Counted from the first letter of the stretch, positions 52,677 through 63,069 are shown. The stretch is DNA of 64,000 nucleotides from Minisyncoccota bacterium (GCA_040879645.1 JBBDJY010000013.1:30366-94365), one strand, 5' to 3'. A program made the numbers and translations. The notes: generated by a model not told the origin, from the sequence alone.

Positions 52677-55631
52677 ATGAGTATGCTTTTCAAAAAAAAT
52701 AAAAAACCGGTAGCGATTATCGCTTTCGGTGCGCTTTTGTCTTTGGTTTTGGTTGGTACCGCTTTGGCTCAATATACCGGTCCTTGCGGTACGCCTGAAG
52801 AGTGTAACGCTCCGGCGCCGATTAATGTTAGCGTTGTCGAGCAGACGAAAATTGGATCTCTGATTTTAGGGACTTTAAGAACTCAACTTGGTACGGCTAT
52901 TGGTCATAATGACGGAGTTAGTACCAATGATCTTGGTCGCCGAAGTTTACAATTTACCACCGATACCGAATATGGTGGTATTCATAATGCTCATTCCGGA
53001 TATTTAATGTATTCCACTATGCCCGGTGGTTGGGGTACAGCTCGCCTGCATTTTGCTCGCTCTACTGGATGGAAAACTTATGACACAACTCCAACTTTGA
53101 CTTTGGCTGGCCGTCGAGTTGGCATTGGGACGGATATTCCTCAATATAGTTTGGATGTAGTTGGGAATCTCCGGGGTAGTAGTTTCTTAACAGAAAATAG
53201 CAATGGTTATAGGGGTCTTTTCTTTGTCCATGGTAGCGACCCAAGTAATTATCTTGGTTTGCGGTCAATAGCTATTTCCGGCTCAACTCAATTCCAACCG
53301 ATTCGTTTGCAACAGCAAATAGACGGCGGAAGCTTGACTAATAGGGTAACAATCAATGAGGCCGGCCGGTTAATTTTTCATAATTTACCGCAACAATCAG
53401 CCTATCCGCGGGTTTTAGTTACTGATGCAGATGGCATGATTGGTTTTAAACCGATCGGTGAAATTGACGGTGGCGACGGTGATAGTTTATGGTCCCAAGG
53501 CACGGGTGATAATATTTACCGTTCACTAGGTAATGTCGGAATCGGTGTTATTAGTCCGACTGGTCGACTACAGGTTGATGGAGGCGATGTTATATTCGAT
53601 AGAGGAGATTTTATATGGAACAATCAAAGCGAACCTTATAGGGCCACTTTTCGCGGTTGGAATGGAAATCAAGTTTTGGTAGTTGATGCGCAATCTGAAT
53701 CAGTTGCAATTGGTCATGAATTTCCATCCGCTAAACTTCATGTTTTGGGTTCTACTAGATTACAGTCTTTGCCTGAAAATTCTACCAATAATCGGGTAAT
53801 CACTGCTGATGATAACGGTAATTTAGGTTATAAAGAAATAGATACGCTTGGCGGTGGTGGCTTACCGGCTGGCTCGTCTTCGCAAACTTTGCGCTATGTC
53901 GGTGGTACGACTAATGCTTGGGTGGCTTCTTCCATTCTTGTAAATGACGGTCAACAGATTTTTGTCCTTGGTACCGATCCGCAAACATCCCTGATTACCG
54001 CTCAAAAAAATGCTCCCGATGTTCGAATTTCTCTTACCATTCCTCATTCCAGTGGTAGTGGTAATCATACTTGGAGTATCGCTAATGGTTGGCAGGTTGG
54101 GTCAGCCCCGGCAGATTCTTTCTCTATTCTTGACCAAACGGCGGGTCTTGCTCGTCTGTTGATTGCTCCGAGTGGTAATGTCGGTTTGGGAACCAATAAT
54201 CCCAGGAATAAGCTTCATATGCATCAATCGACTTCCGGGGCAACAAATTATATGCGATTTACCAATGCCACCACGGGCACCGGTTCTGGCGATGGGTCCC
54301 TCTATGGCCTGACCGCCGCCGGTAATGCTTTGATTTGGAATTATGAGCCGACTAATATTTCTTTTGCCACTAATAACTTGGAGCGAGTCAGGATAGCCAG
54401 CAATGGTCATGTTGGCATCGGAACCGCTAATCCGCAGGCACTCCTGGAAGTTGGTGGCGATACTTATGACGCTTCGGCTTTTGTTCGAGTTAATTCGTTG
54501 AGCAGTCGTGCCGCCGGCATTCAATGGGCTACCGCCGGTACTCCCCAGTGGTATCTTTATAAGCCGAATGACTCTTCCGGTAATTTGGTTTTTGCCAATC
54601 AAGGCAATAGTAATAGATTAGTCCTTAAACAAGATGGCGTTATCCAATTATCCAGCTTACCTGAACAATCAGCTCATCCGCGTGTGGTAGTCAGTGATAC
54701 GGCCGGTAATCTGGGGTGGAAAAGCGTAATGGAGTTAGGTGGTGGCGGTCTCCCGGCTGGTAATTCCAGTCAAACTTTGAGACACGATGGTACTAATTGG
54801 GTAGCGGCGAATAACCTGTTAAATTCAGGAACCAGTATAGCGGCGGATAATCAAATTGCAATTATCGGGACTGCTCCTCGGTTGCGGTTATTGACTGCGC
54901 CAGATACCGGTTGGAATCTGGATACTAGTAACGACCGATTTAGGATTTTCCACACTACAAGTCCAAACCCAACGATTGAGAGATTTACCATTATACCCAA
55001 TGGCAATGTTGGGATTAGAAATCCAAATCCCAGCAATTTGCTAGAAATTGGCCATGAGGCATTGTCAGCTGATAGTGTTTTTGTTTCTGTCTGGGCTGAT
55101 AATATTGTAGAAGCGGGATTACAATTAAAATCAGGTGGAACAGATGCGCCTAATGGTTGGGCTTGGGCCATATCTCGAAGTACGGGCAGTAATCCAGTTT
55201 TAAACATTAAAAATCGTACTAATGTACCTATAATGCGATTTACTCAAGGTGGAGATGTGTCTTTACCGACAGTTAGTCAGGATGATGTTGCCACTCGTTC
55301 GGTAGTGATTGACAATAACGGTAAGCTTGGCTGGCAAGAAGAATCCAGTCCTTATCTTTATGCTCAATTTGTCTATGAAGGAGGTAGTAATTTTAGTCCT
55401 TCTTCTCCAAACCCAGATGGTATTATGTGGAACACGGCAGAGAACTGGTGGAATCGTGATATGGCTTCTATGGAATGCCCCGCTGATTATACTCTTATCT
55501 CTGGAGGAGTGATGTGCCAACTAGGAGAAAGAGTTAACACTAATGCTCGGATTAATAATCAATGGGTAGTCAGTTGTGGAACTGAACTTGCCCACATACA
55601 AAGAATGTCAATTACCTGTGCTCGGGATTAA
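52677..55631 (+). CDS. Secreted tail-fibre-like adhesin (984 aa) with a Cys-containing C-terminal tip domain
   Basis: Signal peptide, repeated G(N/R/H)VG(I/L)G motifs, four LP....RV...D..G.(L/I)G modules, two GGGGLPAG.SSQTLR motifs, and a C-terminal CP..Y..ISGG..C..W..C..C. Confidence 0.75.
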   Translation: MSMLFKKNKKPVAIIAFGALLSLVLVGTALAQYTGPCGTPEECNAPAPINVSVVEQTKIGSLILGTLRTQLGTAIGHNDGVSTNDLGRRSLQFTTDTEYGGIHNAHSGYLMYSTMPGGWGTARLHFARSTGWKTYDTTPTLTLAGRRVGIGTDIPQYSLDVVGNLRGSSFLTENSNGYRGLFFVHGSDPSNYLGLRSIAISGSTQFQPIRLQQQIDGGSLTNRVTINEAGRLIFHNLPQQSAYPRVLVTDADGMIGFKPIGEIDGGDGDSLWSQGTGDNIYRSLGNVGIGVISPTGRLQVDGGDVIFDRGDFIWNNQSEPYRATFRGWNGNQVLVVDAQSESVAIGHEFPSAKLHVLGSTRLQSLPENSTNNRVITADDNGNLGYKEIDTLGGGGLPAGSSSQTLRYVGGTTNAWVASSILVNDGQQIFVLGTDPQTSLITAQKNAPDVRISLTIPHSSGSGNHTWSIANGWQVGSAPADSFSILDQTAGLARLLIAPSGNVGLGTNNPRNKLHMHQSTSGATNYMRFTNATTGTGSGDGSLYGLTAAGNALIWNYEPTNISFATNNLERVRIASNGHVGIGTANPQALLEVGGDTYDASAFVRVNSLSSRAAGIQWATAGTPQWYLYKPNDSSGNLVFANQGNSNRLVLKQDGVIQLSSLPEQSAHPRVVVSDTAGNLGWKSVMELGGGGLPAGNSSQTLRHDGTNWVAANNLLNSGTSIAADNQIAIIGTAPRLRLLTAPDTGWNLDTSNDRFRIFHTTSPNPTIERFTIIPNGNVGIRNPNPSNLLEIGHEALSADSVFVSVWADNIVEAGLQLKSGGTDAPNGWAWAISRSTGSNPVLNIKNRTNVPIMRFTQGGDVSLPTVSQDDVATRSVVIDNNGKLGWQEESSPYLYAQFVYEGGSNFSPSSPNPDGIMWNTAENWWNRDMASMECPADYTLISGGVMCQLGERVNTNARINNQWVVSCGTELAHIQRMSITCARD

Positions 55632-55782
55632 GGAAATCTTTTACCTCTTGACAAAATCATATCTCTCGTTCTATGATGACAATAGATAGTCCCGGATGTC
55701 AATCTGGGTTTGACAATTAGAAACTGTCATACTGTCTTCACAAACAAATCGCTTCACTGGGAAGCGAAGAAGGAGGTGTTCA

Positions 55783-56829
55783 ATGAAGCACCTGATTCTT
55801 TTTCTTGTCTGTGTCTCTTTGTTTTTCGGCTGTCCGCCGGTAGAACCGGGAGGCGATCTTTCCTTGAGTGTTTCCTTGCCAAACGGCAACAGCTTCGCTC
55901 AAGGCGAAACCTTTGTCGCCACGGTTACCTATGCCGGTAGTCGGGCGCCGTACTCTTTCAAGGTTGAATTTGATGATGGAGTTAGTGCCACTGGTACTAT
56001 CAACACCGAAAACAAACTCAGCTACTCGGTGGTACCGAGCTCCGGTTCGGTTTCATTGTATCTGGATTCTCCCGGGTATATTGAAGTCAATCGGCCGGTT
56101 TGGACAACAACCAAACCGTCCGGCCAGTCATCAGTGGTGATGACCTTGTCTGGCGCTGACGGGCAAGAGAAGTCCAAGGCTGTATCGGTCCAAGTGCCGG
56201 TATTGTCGGCATTGGCGTTGGAAGTGACGGCCAATGGCGGAGCGTTTGCTGTTGAAGATCATCTGGTATTTACGGTCACGGCTTTTGGTGGTCAACCCCC
56301 ATACTTGCTGGAGGCTGTGTTTCCTCCGGTAGAGGTATTTGATTCTGGTTTCACCGAGATTAGGGCGGAAACCGTAATCAATGCCAACGGAGACATTAGT
56401 TGGCCGTCGGGATTTGAAGACTACAATGTTGTACCTTCTTTGGCTCTGGGGCGTAACGTTGCTCGGATTATCTCATTTAAATCTGGGCATGTCTCGTTTC
56501 GTTACAAATGGTTCGAACTTGTTTCCGAACTTGGTTCAATTCGTGTGTCGGTGACTGATGACTTAGGTCAGGTTGTCACCGACAGCTTTCAGGCTGGGGT
56601 GGTCTTGGAAGAATCGATTCCTGTCATTGTCCCTAGTTTGATTGGTTGGGATGAACAGGAAGCTATTTCGGAGATTTTTAGCCTTGGTTTTTGGCCATCT
56701 TCGCCTAAGGTTTACGATACTTCACCTTTGGGTCAAGTGTTTCGTCAGGATCTTGACCCGGGAGAAGAAATCAATATCGGCAGTGTCTTTACTATTAGGG
56801 TTTCTGCCGGTCCGAACCCCAACCCGTGA
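55783..56829 (+). CDS. Putative lipoprotein with beta-rich domains and a C-terminal PASTA domain
   Basis: Lipobox-like FFGC. VPSLIG...EA...LG...GQV.RQ...G.......VS.G matches PASTA. AGGAGG Shine-Dalgarno. Confidence 0.7.
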   Translation: MKHLILFLVCVSLFFGCPPVEPGGDLSLSVSLPNGNSFAQGETFVATVTYAGSRAPYSFKVEFDDGVSATGTINTENKLSYSVVPSSGSVSLYLDSPGYIEVNRPVWTTTKPSGQSSVVMTLSGADGQEKSKAVSVQVPVLSALALEVTANGGAFAVEDHLVFTVTAFGGQPPYLLEAVFPPVEVFDSGFTEIRAETVINANGDISWPSGFEDYNVVPSLALGRNVARIISFKSGHVSFRYKWFELVSELGSIRVSVTDDLGQVVTDSFQAGVVLEESIPVIVPSLIGWDEQEAISEIFSLGFWPSSPKVYDTSPLGQVFRQDLDPGEEINIGSVFTIRVSAGPNPNP

Positions 56830-57086
56830 CAGTTTCTTCTCTTTCATCCCCGAGTCTGTTTAGGCGGATCCGGGGGTGGTTTTTGCCAATTTTTTGTTTT
56901 CATACTTGGTTTTTCTTTCTTTTTTTGTTTTTCTTGAGGGTAATCAAAAGGTAATCAATTTCGCCCGAGGCAAGTTCTCGGGCGATTTTTTGGTTTTCTT
57001 TTTTTGTGCTCAGACAAACGACAAAGGCTTGAGCTTGCCACCAGAGAAAGATATTTTTGTTAAAGTTTTCAGACTAAAATCTAAAT

Positions 57087-57123
57087 AAAAACGCTCGGTC
57101 AGAATCTAATCTGACCGAGCGTT
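57087..57123 (-). terminator. Terminator of the ATP-grasp gene
   Basis: 14-bp stem AACGCTCGGTCAGA/TCTGACCGAGCGTT. Confidence 0.75.
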
Positions 57124-57137
57124 AGGGGGCAATAGAA

Positions 57138-58145
57138 TTACCCTTTTTCCAGACTCTTGAGCACTTTCAAGTACAAGTTCTCGACGATGCGCTCTTGCGC
57201 TTTGCCCGCCTTGGCGTAATGGTCGAGACCGGGTGTCGAGTTGACCTCCAAGACCCAATAATGATCGGGCGGTTGACTGAGATCACCGGCGACAATCAAA
57301 TCGACCCCGCAAAAACGCAACCCCATCGCTCGAGTCAACCGGATGGCGATTTGGGCGAACTCGGAGTGAATCTGATTACTAACATCGACCGCGTCGCCAC
57401 CGGTTGAGAGATTGGTATTAGCCAAGAGGAAGACTTGCTCGTTTCGACTTGGCACCGAATCGAAGGTGAGGCCGAGATGCTTTAATTTTGAGCTCATTCG
57501 CGGATCGTCGAGTTTGATCTTAGTATCACGACTGGAGGCGACAAATTGACGTTGTTTTTTCTTCAGCAATCCCAAGATTGTTGAGCGGCCGTCGCCGATT
57601 ACGCTTAGAGGTAAGCGCTCGTAAGCGGAGATGATTTCGTCATCAAGGACGACGATCCGATAATCTCGACCGGAGACCGGACGTTGCACCAGAGCGACCC
57701 GATCGCGTTTGAAGATTCGCCCCAGAGCTTGATCGAACTCAACTCGATTGTGCGCCAGATTGACGTCAAACCCTTGACTGGAACTGTTGGGCTTGACGAT
57801 TACCGGCCAGCCGAGCTTCCGCGCATAACGATAAGCGGCCTCGTGATCGCGCCGGGAATTGATCGCCCGACACCAATCATCAGAATAGAAGGCCTGGCCG
57901 GATACCACCGGATAACCCTCCTTTTTGATAAAGAAGGCGGCAAAGTCCTTGTCACGCGCCAACTCCGAGGCGCCCATCGGGTTAAGGTCAAGGGTTGAAT
58001 ACTTGAAGTAACATCTCCGACCATTCTTGAAAGCGATCTGGCCGACAATCTGCCAATTCGGTTCCATGGTTACCACCGCTCCGATTCGGGGAGCGACTTT
58101 CCGCAAAACTGTCCCGAGTAAGGGAGTGGGGTGTTTCTTTTTCAT
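57138..58145 (-). CDS. Stand-alone ATP-grasp ligase (cyanophycin synthetase / GshAB-like ATP-grasp domain)
   Basis: Motifs RDK, IVKPN..SQG, DYRIVV, NLSTGG, GVD and LEVNSTPG. Confidence 0.85.
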   Translation of the reverse strand: MKKKHPTPLLGTVLRKVAPRIGAVVTMEPNWQIVGQIAFKNGRRCYFKYSTLDLNPMGASELARDKDFAAFFIKKEGYPVVSGQAFYSDDWCRAINSRRDHEAAYRYARKLGWPVIVKPNSSSQGFDVNLAHNRVEFDQALGRIFKRDRVALVQRPVSGRDYRIVVLDDEIISAYERLPLSVIGDGRSTILGLLKKKQRQFVASSRDTKIKLDDPRMSSKLKHLGLTFDSVPSRNEQVFLLANTNLSTGGDAVDVSNQIHSEFAQIAIRLTRAMGLRFCGVDLIVAGDLSQPPDHYWVLEVNSTPGLDHYAKAGKAQERIVENLYLKVLKSLEKG

Positions 58146-58343
58146 CGGTTTATCCTTTCGTTAGTTGGTTTAATTTTGGCAAAAAATTGCCTCGATTGTC
58201 AATTTTATCTATTTAATCTATCTTGACATTAAAATAATAATGGTATTTTGTCAAAGAAGAGATCTTGCTATAAAATCATAATTATGGTAGAGTAAAATGA
58301 GATTTAGTGTGATAAAGAAGTTGGACCTTGAAAGCCAAAAGAC

Positions 58344-59675
58344 ATGGAGGCTAATGTTATGGAAGAAGCAGATACTCTAAACATTGAAGGTGGGCATCCA
58401 CTTGAAGGTGAAGTCTTTGTTCGTGGCGCCAAAAACACCGTACCTAAAAGCATGGTGGCGACGTTGCTTACAAATGATACCTGTGTGATTAAAAATGTCG
58501 CGCGTATTGTCGATGTAGATATAATGCGTGACATGATCTCGGCGTTTGGTGGTGATGTGACGTTCACACATGACCACACTCTTCAGATAACCACTCCGTC
58601 GCTCACACAGATTCCTTTAGATCAAATGGGAGAATTCGCTGGCAAGAGCCGTATCCCCGTTCTTGCTTGCGGTCCATTACTGAGACGCACTGGACACGTC
58701 ATTGTTCCTACTCTTGGAGGTTGTCAGATCGGGAATCGTCCCATCGACTTCCACATCGAGGCCCTAAAAATTCTCGGGGCGCGAGTCGAGGTATACGAAA
58801 CGCACCTGGAGATGTTCGCTGACCGTTTGCGCGGAGCGAAAATCAGGTTGCCATATCCAAGTATCGGTGCAACCGAGCAGATTCTTTTTTCTTCGGTTTT
58901 GGCGGATGGGGTTACAGAAATAAGCAACGCTGCTATCGAACCAGAGATTATGGACCTGATTGCGGTACTCCAAAAGATGGGGGCGATCATATCCGTGGAT
59001 ACTCATAGGGTAATCACGATCTACGGAGTAGAGAAACTCTCTGGGTTTACACATCAAGCACTTCCTGACAGGCTGGAAGCGGCATCTTGGGCATGTTTGG
59101 CCGCGGCGACAAATGGTAAGATTTTTGTAAGGGGCGCCGAACAAATGAACATGATGACATTCCTCAACGCTTTTCGTCAGGCTGGTGGTGCCTTTGAGAT
59201 CACGGAATCTGGTATTGAGTTCTCTCGAGAGAGTAAAACCCTTAAGGCGATGGCACTTGAAACAGATGTTCATCCGGGGTTTATGACCGACTGGCAGCAA
59301 CCATTCGCCGTCATGCTCACTCAAGCCGATGGTTTGTCCGTCATACATGAGACTGTCTACGAAGGTCGCTTCGGCTATATCGAAGCCCTCAAGTTGATGG
59401 GTGCTCAAATCCAGCTCTATCAGAAATGTCTCGGGCAAATCAGTTGCCGTTTCGCCAATCGCGATGCATTTCACAGTGCCGTGATTGCGGGACCAACGGC
59501 TCTAAAGGGGGCAAGGATCCACATCCCAGATCTCCGTGGTGGTTTTTCTTACATCATCGCCGCATTGGTTGCTCAAGGTTCCTCAAGCCTAAGTAATATC
59601 GGGCTTATCCGTAGAGGGTACGAGGATATCGTTGGGAAACTCCGAGCCATTAAAGCAAGCATTCAGGAGGAATGA
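58344..59675 (+). CDS. murA: UDP-N-acetylglucosamine 1-carboxyvinyltransferase (copy 1)
   Basis: Motifs GAKN, GGCQIGNRPIDFH, SIGATE, NAAIEPE, PGFMTDWQ, DLRGG and RGYE. The real start may be 58359. Confidence 0.92.
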   Translation: MEANVMEEADTLNIEGGHPLEGEVFVRGAKNTVPKSMVATLLTNDTCVIKNVARIVDVDIMRDMISAFGGDVTFTHDHTLQITTPSLTQIPLDQMGEFAGKSRIPVLACGPLLRRTGHVIVPTLGGCQIGNRPIDFHIEALKILGARVEVYETHLEMFADRLRGAKIRLPYPSIGATEQILFSSVLADGVTEISNAAIEPEIMDLIAVLQKMGAIISVDTHRVITIYGVEKLSGFTHQALPDRLEAASWACLAAATNGKIFVRGAEQMNMMTFLNAFRQAGGAFEITESGIEFSRESKTLKAMALETDVHPGFMTDWQQPFAVMLTQADGLSVIHETVYEGRFGYIEALKLMGAQIQLYQKCLGQISCRFANRDAFHSAVIAGPTALKGARIHIPDLRGGFSYIIAALVAQGSSSLSNIGLIRRGYEDIVGKLRAIKASIQEE

Positions 59676-59700
59676 TTGTCCTTCTAATATCAACACACTC

Positions 59701-59731
59701 AAAGCACGATATGAAGCCATATCGTGCTTTT
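59701..59731 (+). terminator. Terminator between the two murA-like genes
   Basis: AAAGCACGATATG-AAGC-CATATCGTGCTTTT. Confidence 0.75.
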
Positions 59732-59843
59732 ATTGACTAGAGTTAGTTTATCCATAAGAGGTTTGAATCTATTCTTATTTTGTCTTTTTGTCTTCTTTAT
59801 TATACAATAACATCATCAATTTTAACTTTAAAATACGAGGAAA

Positions 59844-61148
59844 ATGTCATATTTCAGTATCAATGGTGGACGGAAATTAAGCGGTTCAATTAAGGTTAAT
59901 TCCTGTAAAAACTCAGCGGTGGCAATTTTGTGTTCCACGATTATGATTAAAGGAGAAACGACCCTTGTTAATGTTCCGGCGATTGAAGAGGTTAAAAGAA
60001 TAATAGAAGTTTTAACTTCATTAGGATTAAAAATTACATGGGAAGAAGAGCATAAATTAAAAATTCTTAACGAGGAACAAATAAAACCGGAAAATCTGAA
60101 TCAAGAATCATTTGCCAAAACGAGATCCGGGATACTTCTTTTAGGGGCGCTTTCTGGAGTAAGTAATAATTTTTCCTTACCAAAAACCGGTGGTTGTAAA
60201 TTAGGAAAAAGAACAGTCAATCCTCATATATTATCGTTAGGACATTTAGGGGTAAAAATACAAGAAACTACCGATTCTTATCTCATTACAAAAGAGGATT
60301 TAAAAAAATCAGAGTTTGTTATGTATGAATCTGGTGATACCGCGACAGAAAATGCTATTATGACAGCTTCCTTGATTCAAGGAAAGACCACAATTCATTT
60401 CGCTTCTTCTAATTATATGGTTAGAGATTTGTGTTATTTTTTAAAACGAGCCGGGGTAAAGATAGGAGACCTTGATTCTTTTAATATAATTATTGATGGT
60501 GTTGAAAAACTGAAACCAGTAAATGATTACTCCATCATGCCTGATCCCATAGAGGCTATGACTTTGATATCAATCGCCATCACAACTAAATCTAATCTAA
60601 AGGTGATTGGTTGCCCTATTGATTTTCTTCGTTTGGAGCTAGAAAAATTACAAACAATGGGGCAAAAATTTAATGTCAGTGAAATATACAAATCAGATAA
60701 TAATTATTTTGACTTAGTCGATATTGAGATTATTCCTTCAAACCTAACAGCATTGCCAGATAAAATTTACGGCAGTCCTTATCCAGGTTTAAATATAGAC
60801 AATCTTCCTTTATTTTTACCAATCCTCACTCAGGCTGAAGGTCAAACATTAGTCCACGATTGGGCTTATGAAAATAGAGCTATTTATTATACAGAAATGA
60901 ACCGTTTGGGGGCTGATATCATGCTACTTGATCCATATCGAGTGATTGTTTCTGGTCCGACACAATTAGAACCTGCCGAAATCATCTGTCCCCCAGCATT
61001 AAGACCATCAATAAATTTATTAACTTGCATGTTAGCGGCTTCAGGGAAATCAATTCTAAGAAACGCTTATCCAATAGATCGAGGTTATGAAAATATTGTC
61101 GGTAGACTTAACGATATCGGCGCTAATATCCAAAGACTGGATGATTAA
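59844..61148 (+). CDS. Divergent MurA-family enolpyruvyl transferase (copy 2)
   Basis: Motifs SCKNSA, KTRS, GGCKLGKRTVNPH, GDTATEN, PGLNID, YENR and RGYE. Confidence 0.85.
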   Translation: MSYFSINGGRKLSGSIKVNSCKNSAVAILCSTIMIKGETTLVNVPAIEEVKRIIEVLTSLGLKITWEEEHKLKILNEEQIKPENLNQESFAKTRSGILLLGALSGVSNNFSLPKTGGCKLGKRTVNPHILSLGHLGVKIQETTDSYLITKEDLKKSEFVMYESGDTATENAIMTASLIQGKTTIHFASSNYMVRDLCYFLKRAGVKIGDLDSFNIIIDGVEKLKPVNDYSIMPDPIEAMTLISIAITTKSNLKVIGCPIDFLRLELEKLQTMGQKFNVSEIYKSDNNYFDLVDIEIIPSNLTALPDKIYGSPYPGLNIDNLPLFLPILTQAEGQTLVHDWAYENRAIYYTEMNRLGADIMLLDPYRVIVSGPTQLEPAEIICPPALRPSINLLTCMLAASGKSILRNAYPIDRGYENIVGRLNDIGANIQRLDD

Positions 61149-61213
61149 TTAAAAATCACCCAGTCTGTATGACCGGGTGATGTGTTTGTACTATTATTCC
61201 GGAGACTTAAGTG

Positions 61214-61990
61214 TCAATAACCGAATTTTCTGGCGGTTTCCCCGCACATATCTTCGATTATTCGAAACTCAGTCTCAAGCGACCCTGACGATATGTCACT
61301 CCTCCTGCCAAAAAAATCTTCAAGAGAGGATTGCTTGATCTTTGGCAGTTTTTCTTTAAAATCTAATTCAATCCCCAGATGTGTCGCTATCCTTTCTACG
61401 GTAGCGGTTTGGTTTTGAATTAAATCTTCATAACGAACGACATGAACTCCCAAACTACGAGAGGAGAGAATAGTATCGGCAATCAAGTTCCATGCGAGGC
61501 ATTGATTTTTTGTGCCCTCTTTCAGAGCATCAAAGGTTGTCTTCCATGACAAGATGGTAAATTTGGGATCCCTCACAATCACAATTACTCCACCACCTAG
61601 ATCCTTGTTCATCCATTTGACAAAGTCTGGCCATTCTTGAATGAACAATTGAAAGAAATCTTTGTTCGAAAAGGCTGGGAAAGATTTCTTAATTCCAACA
61701 ATCCTCATTCCATCAAGGGAACGTTTTACCATTCCCCATCTGGTTTTTGAAGGAGGAAAAGTATCGGTCACTTCCAATCCTTTAATGTCGATCCTTTGCA
61801 TCATGAAACCATATCGTAAACTTTCTTCGATAAAGTTAAATATGGTTGTGATGTTTGATCGGTCAGAAATGTTCACTGAATTCAATGGCTCGTTGACAAT
61901 TGACATGTTTGTCGTGCAGTTGAGAATCTTGATCAACAAACTACTACCACTTCTTGACGGGGCAGAAATATAAAGTGGCTTAAGTTTCAT
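61214..61990 (-). CDS. Sulfotransferase-family (P-loop) protein
   Basis: SRSGSSLL (5'-PSB), VRDP....S (3'-PB) and VRYEDL. Confidence 0.75.
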   Translation of the reverse strand: MKLKPLYISAPSRSGSSLLIKILNCTTNMSIVNEPLNSVNISDRSNITTIFNFIEESLRYGFMMQRIDIKGLEVTDTFPPSKTRWGMVKRSLDGMRIVGIKKSFPAFSNKDFFQLFIQEWPDFVKWMNKDLGGGVIVIVRDPKFTILSWKTTFDALKEGTKNQCLAWNLIADTILSSRSLGVHVVRYEDLIQNQTATVERIATHLGIELDFKEKLPKIKQSSLEDFFGRRSDISSGSLETEFRIIEDMCGETARKFGY

Positions 61991-62406
61991 CTTTATACCT
62001 CCTCATGTTATGGCCAGTTTTCAAGGTGCAACTTCGACACAATATCAAAGCTCATCTCACTCTACCATAAATATTATCCTATAGCAAGATATCATTGTTC
62101 TAACTAAAGACATTTGGCTCTTTAATTAATCCTAGTATTTCATTGGGATCCTTGCCATTTAGACCGCAATGTTTCAAATCATTGTCATAGTCATTCCACG
62201 GTTAAGGGTTGATTTTTATTGGACCCTAACAACAAAATTCACAAAATTGAATCAGGCATCCCAAAAACGTCTCAATCGAGCCGTTTTTTGGTGAAGCCGG
62301 AAAAATCAGCTGTTTTCTCTTGCCAACAAAATTAAGGGGAGTAGCTTCAAGATAGGTTCTCCGGAACAGTTCCGGAGAAAAACTTGGTCTTTGAAAGGAG
62401 GTGAAA

Positions 62407-63069
62407 ATGAGATGCGTCTTTACTTTAACAGATGGTAATCCAGAGTATCTTCAGAACAGAGGGAAAAAATCCCTCGAGTTCTGCGCCGGAACTTATCTAC
62501 GGACTGAGATTGCCAATGCCTTTGATTATTATGGAGTGAAGGACAGGTACACCCTCTTTGTTGACGTGGACACTATGATCTTGAACGAGATTGATCTGGA
62601 TGACGTCGAGACTTCCTATTTTGCGGCATCGCCAGATTGGGATATCTCAGATTGGTCTTCTGTAGGCACAGGAGTGATGCTAATCAACATAGAGAGGATG
62701 AAGAGAGATTATCCCAAGTTGGTCCAACATCTAATCAAGCACAACTTCGATTTTGCTTTTGATGGCAATGGACCATGTAGCCAAGGAGCTTGGAATACTT
62801 TTTTCAGAGGCAAATGGGATAGACTCGATCCTCTCTATGATTGGAAACCATGGTGGGGTTTCAATCCAGAAGCAAAAGTCGTCCATTTTTCTGGTCCAAA
62901 ACCAAAAGAGATTCCTCGTCTTTTGGTAGACCAAACCAACAAGAAAGGAAAGAGTGAGTCAGAAGAGATTAAGCGATTTGTAGTTAACTGCAACAGAGAA
63001 GCTTTCTTGCGATATTCATCCATGTGGGAAGAATATCGAAAAATCTCAGAGTCCAAGGATTTTGAGTAA
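62407..63069 (+). CDS. Glycosyltransferase family 8-like protein
   Basis: DVD, TGVMLIN, QG..N and VHFSGPKP. AGGAGG Shine-Dalgarno precedes the ATG at 62407. Confidence 0.75.
   Translation: MRCVFTLTDGNPEYLQNRGKKSLEFCAGTYLRTEIANAFDYYGVKDRYTLFVDVDTMILNEIDLDDVETSYFAASPDWDISDWSSVGTGVMLINIERMKRDYPKLVQHLIKHNFDFAFDGNGPCSQGAWNTFFRGKWDRLDPLYDWKPWWGFNPEAKVVHFSGPKPKEIPRLLVDQTNKKGKSESEEIKRFVVNCNREAFLRYSSMWEEYRKISESKDFE

Noticed and set aside
52677-55631. Prophage tail fibre or DGR target
   Set aside because: It has a Sec signal peptide and no phage neighbours. No reverse transcriptase or template/variable repeat pair was seen in the window.
59844-61148. EPSP synthase (AroA) or a NikO-type biosynthetic enzyme
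   Set aside because: It has MurA-type KN, GGC and RGYE motifs, with no shikimate or nucleoside-antibiotic genes nearby.
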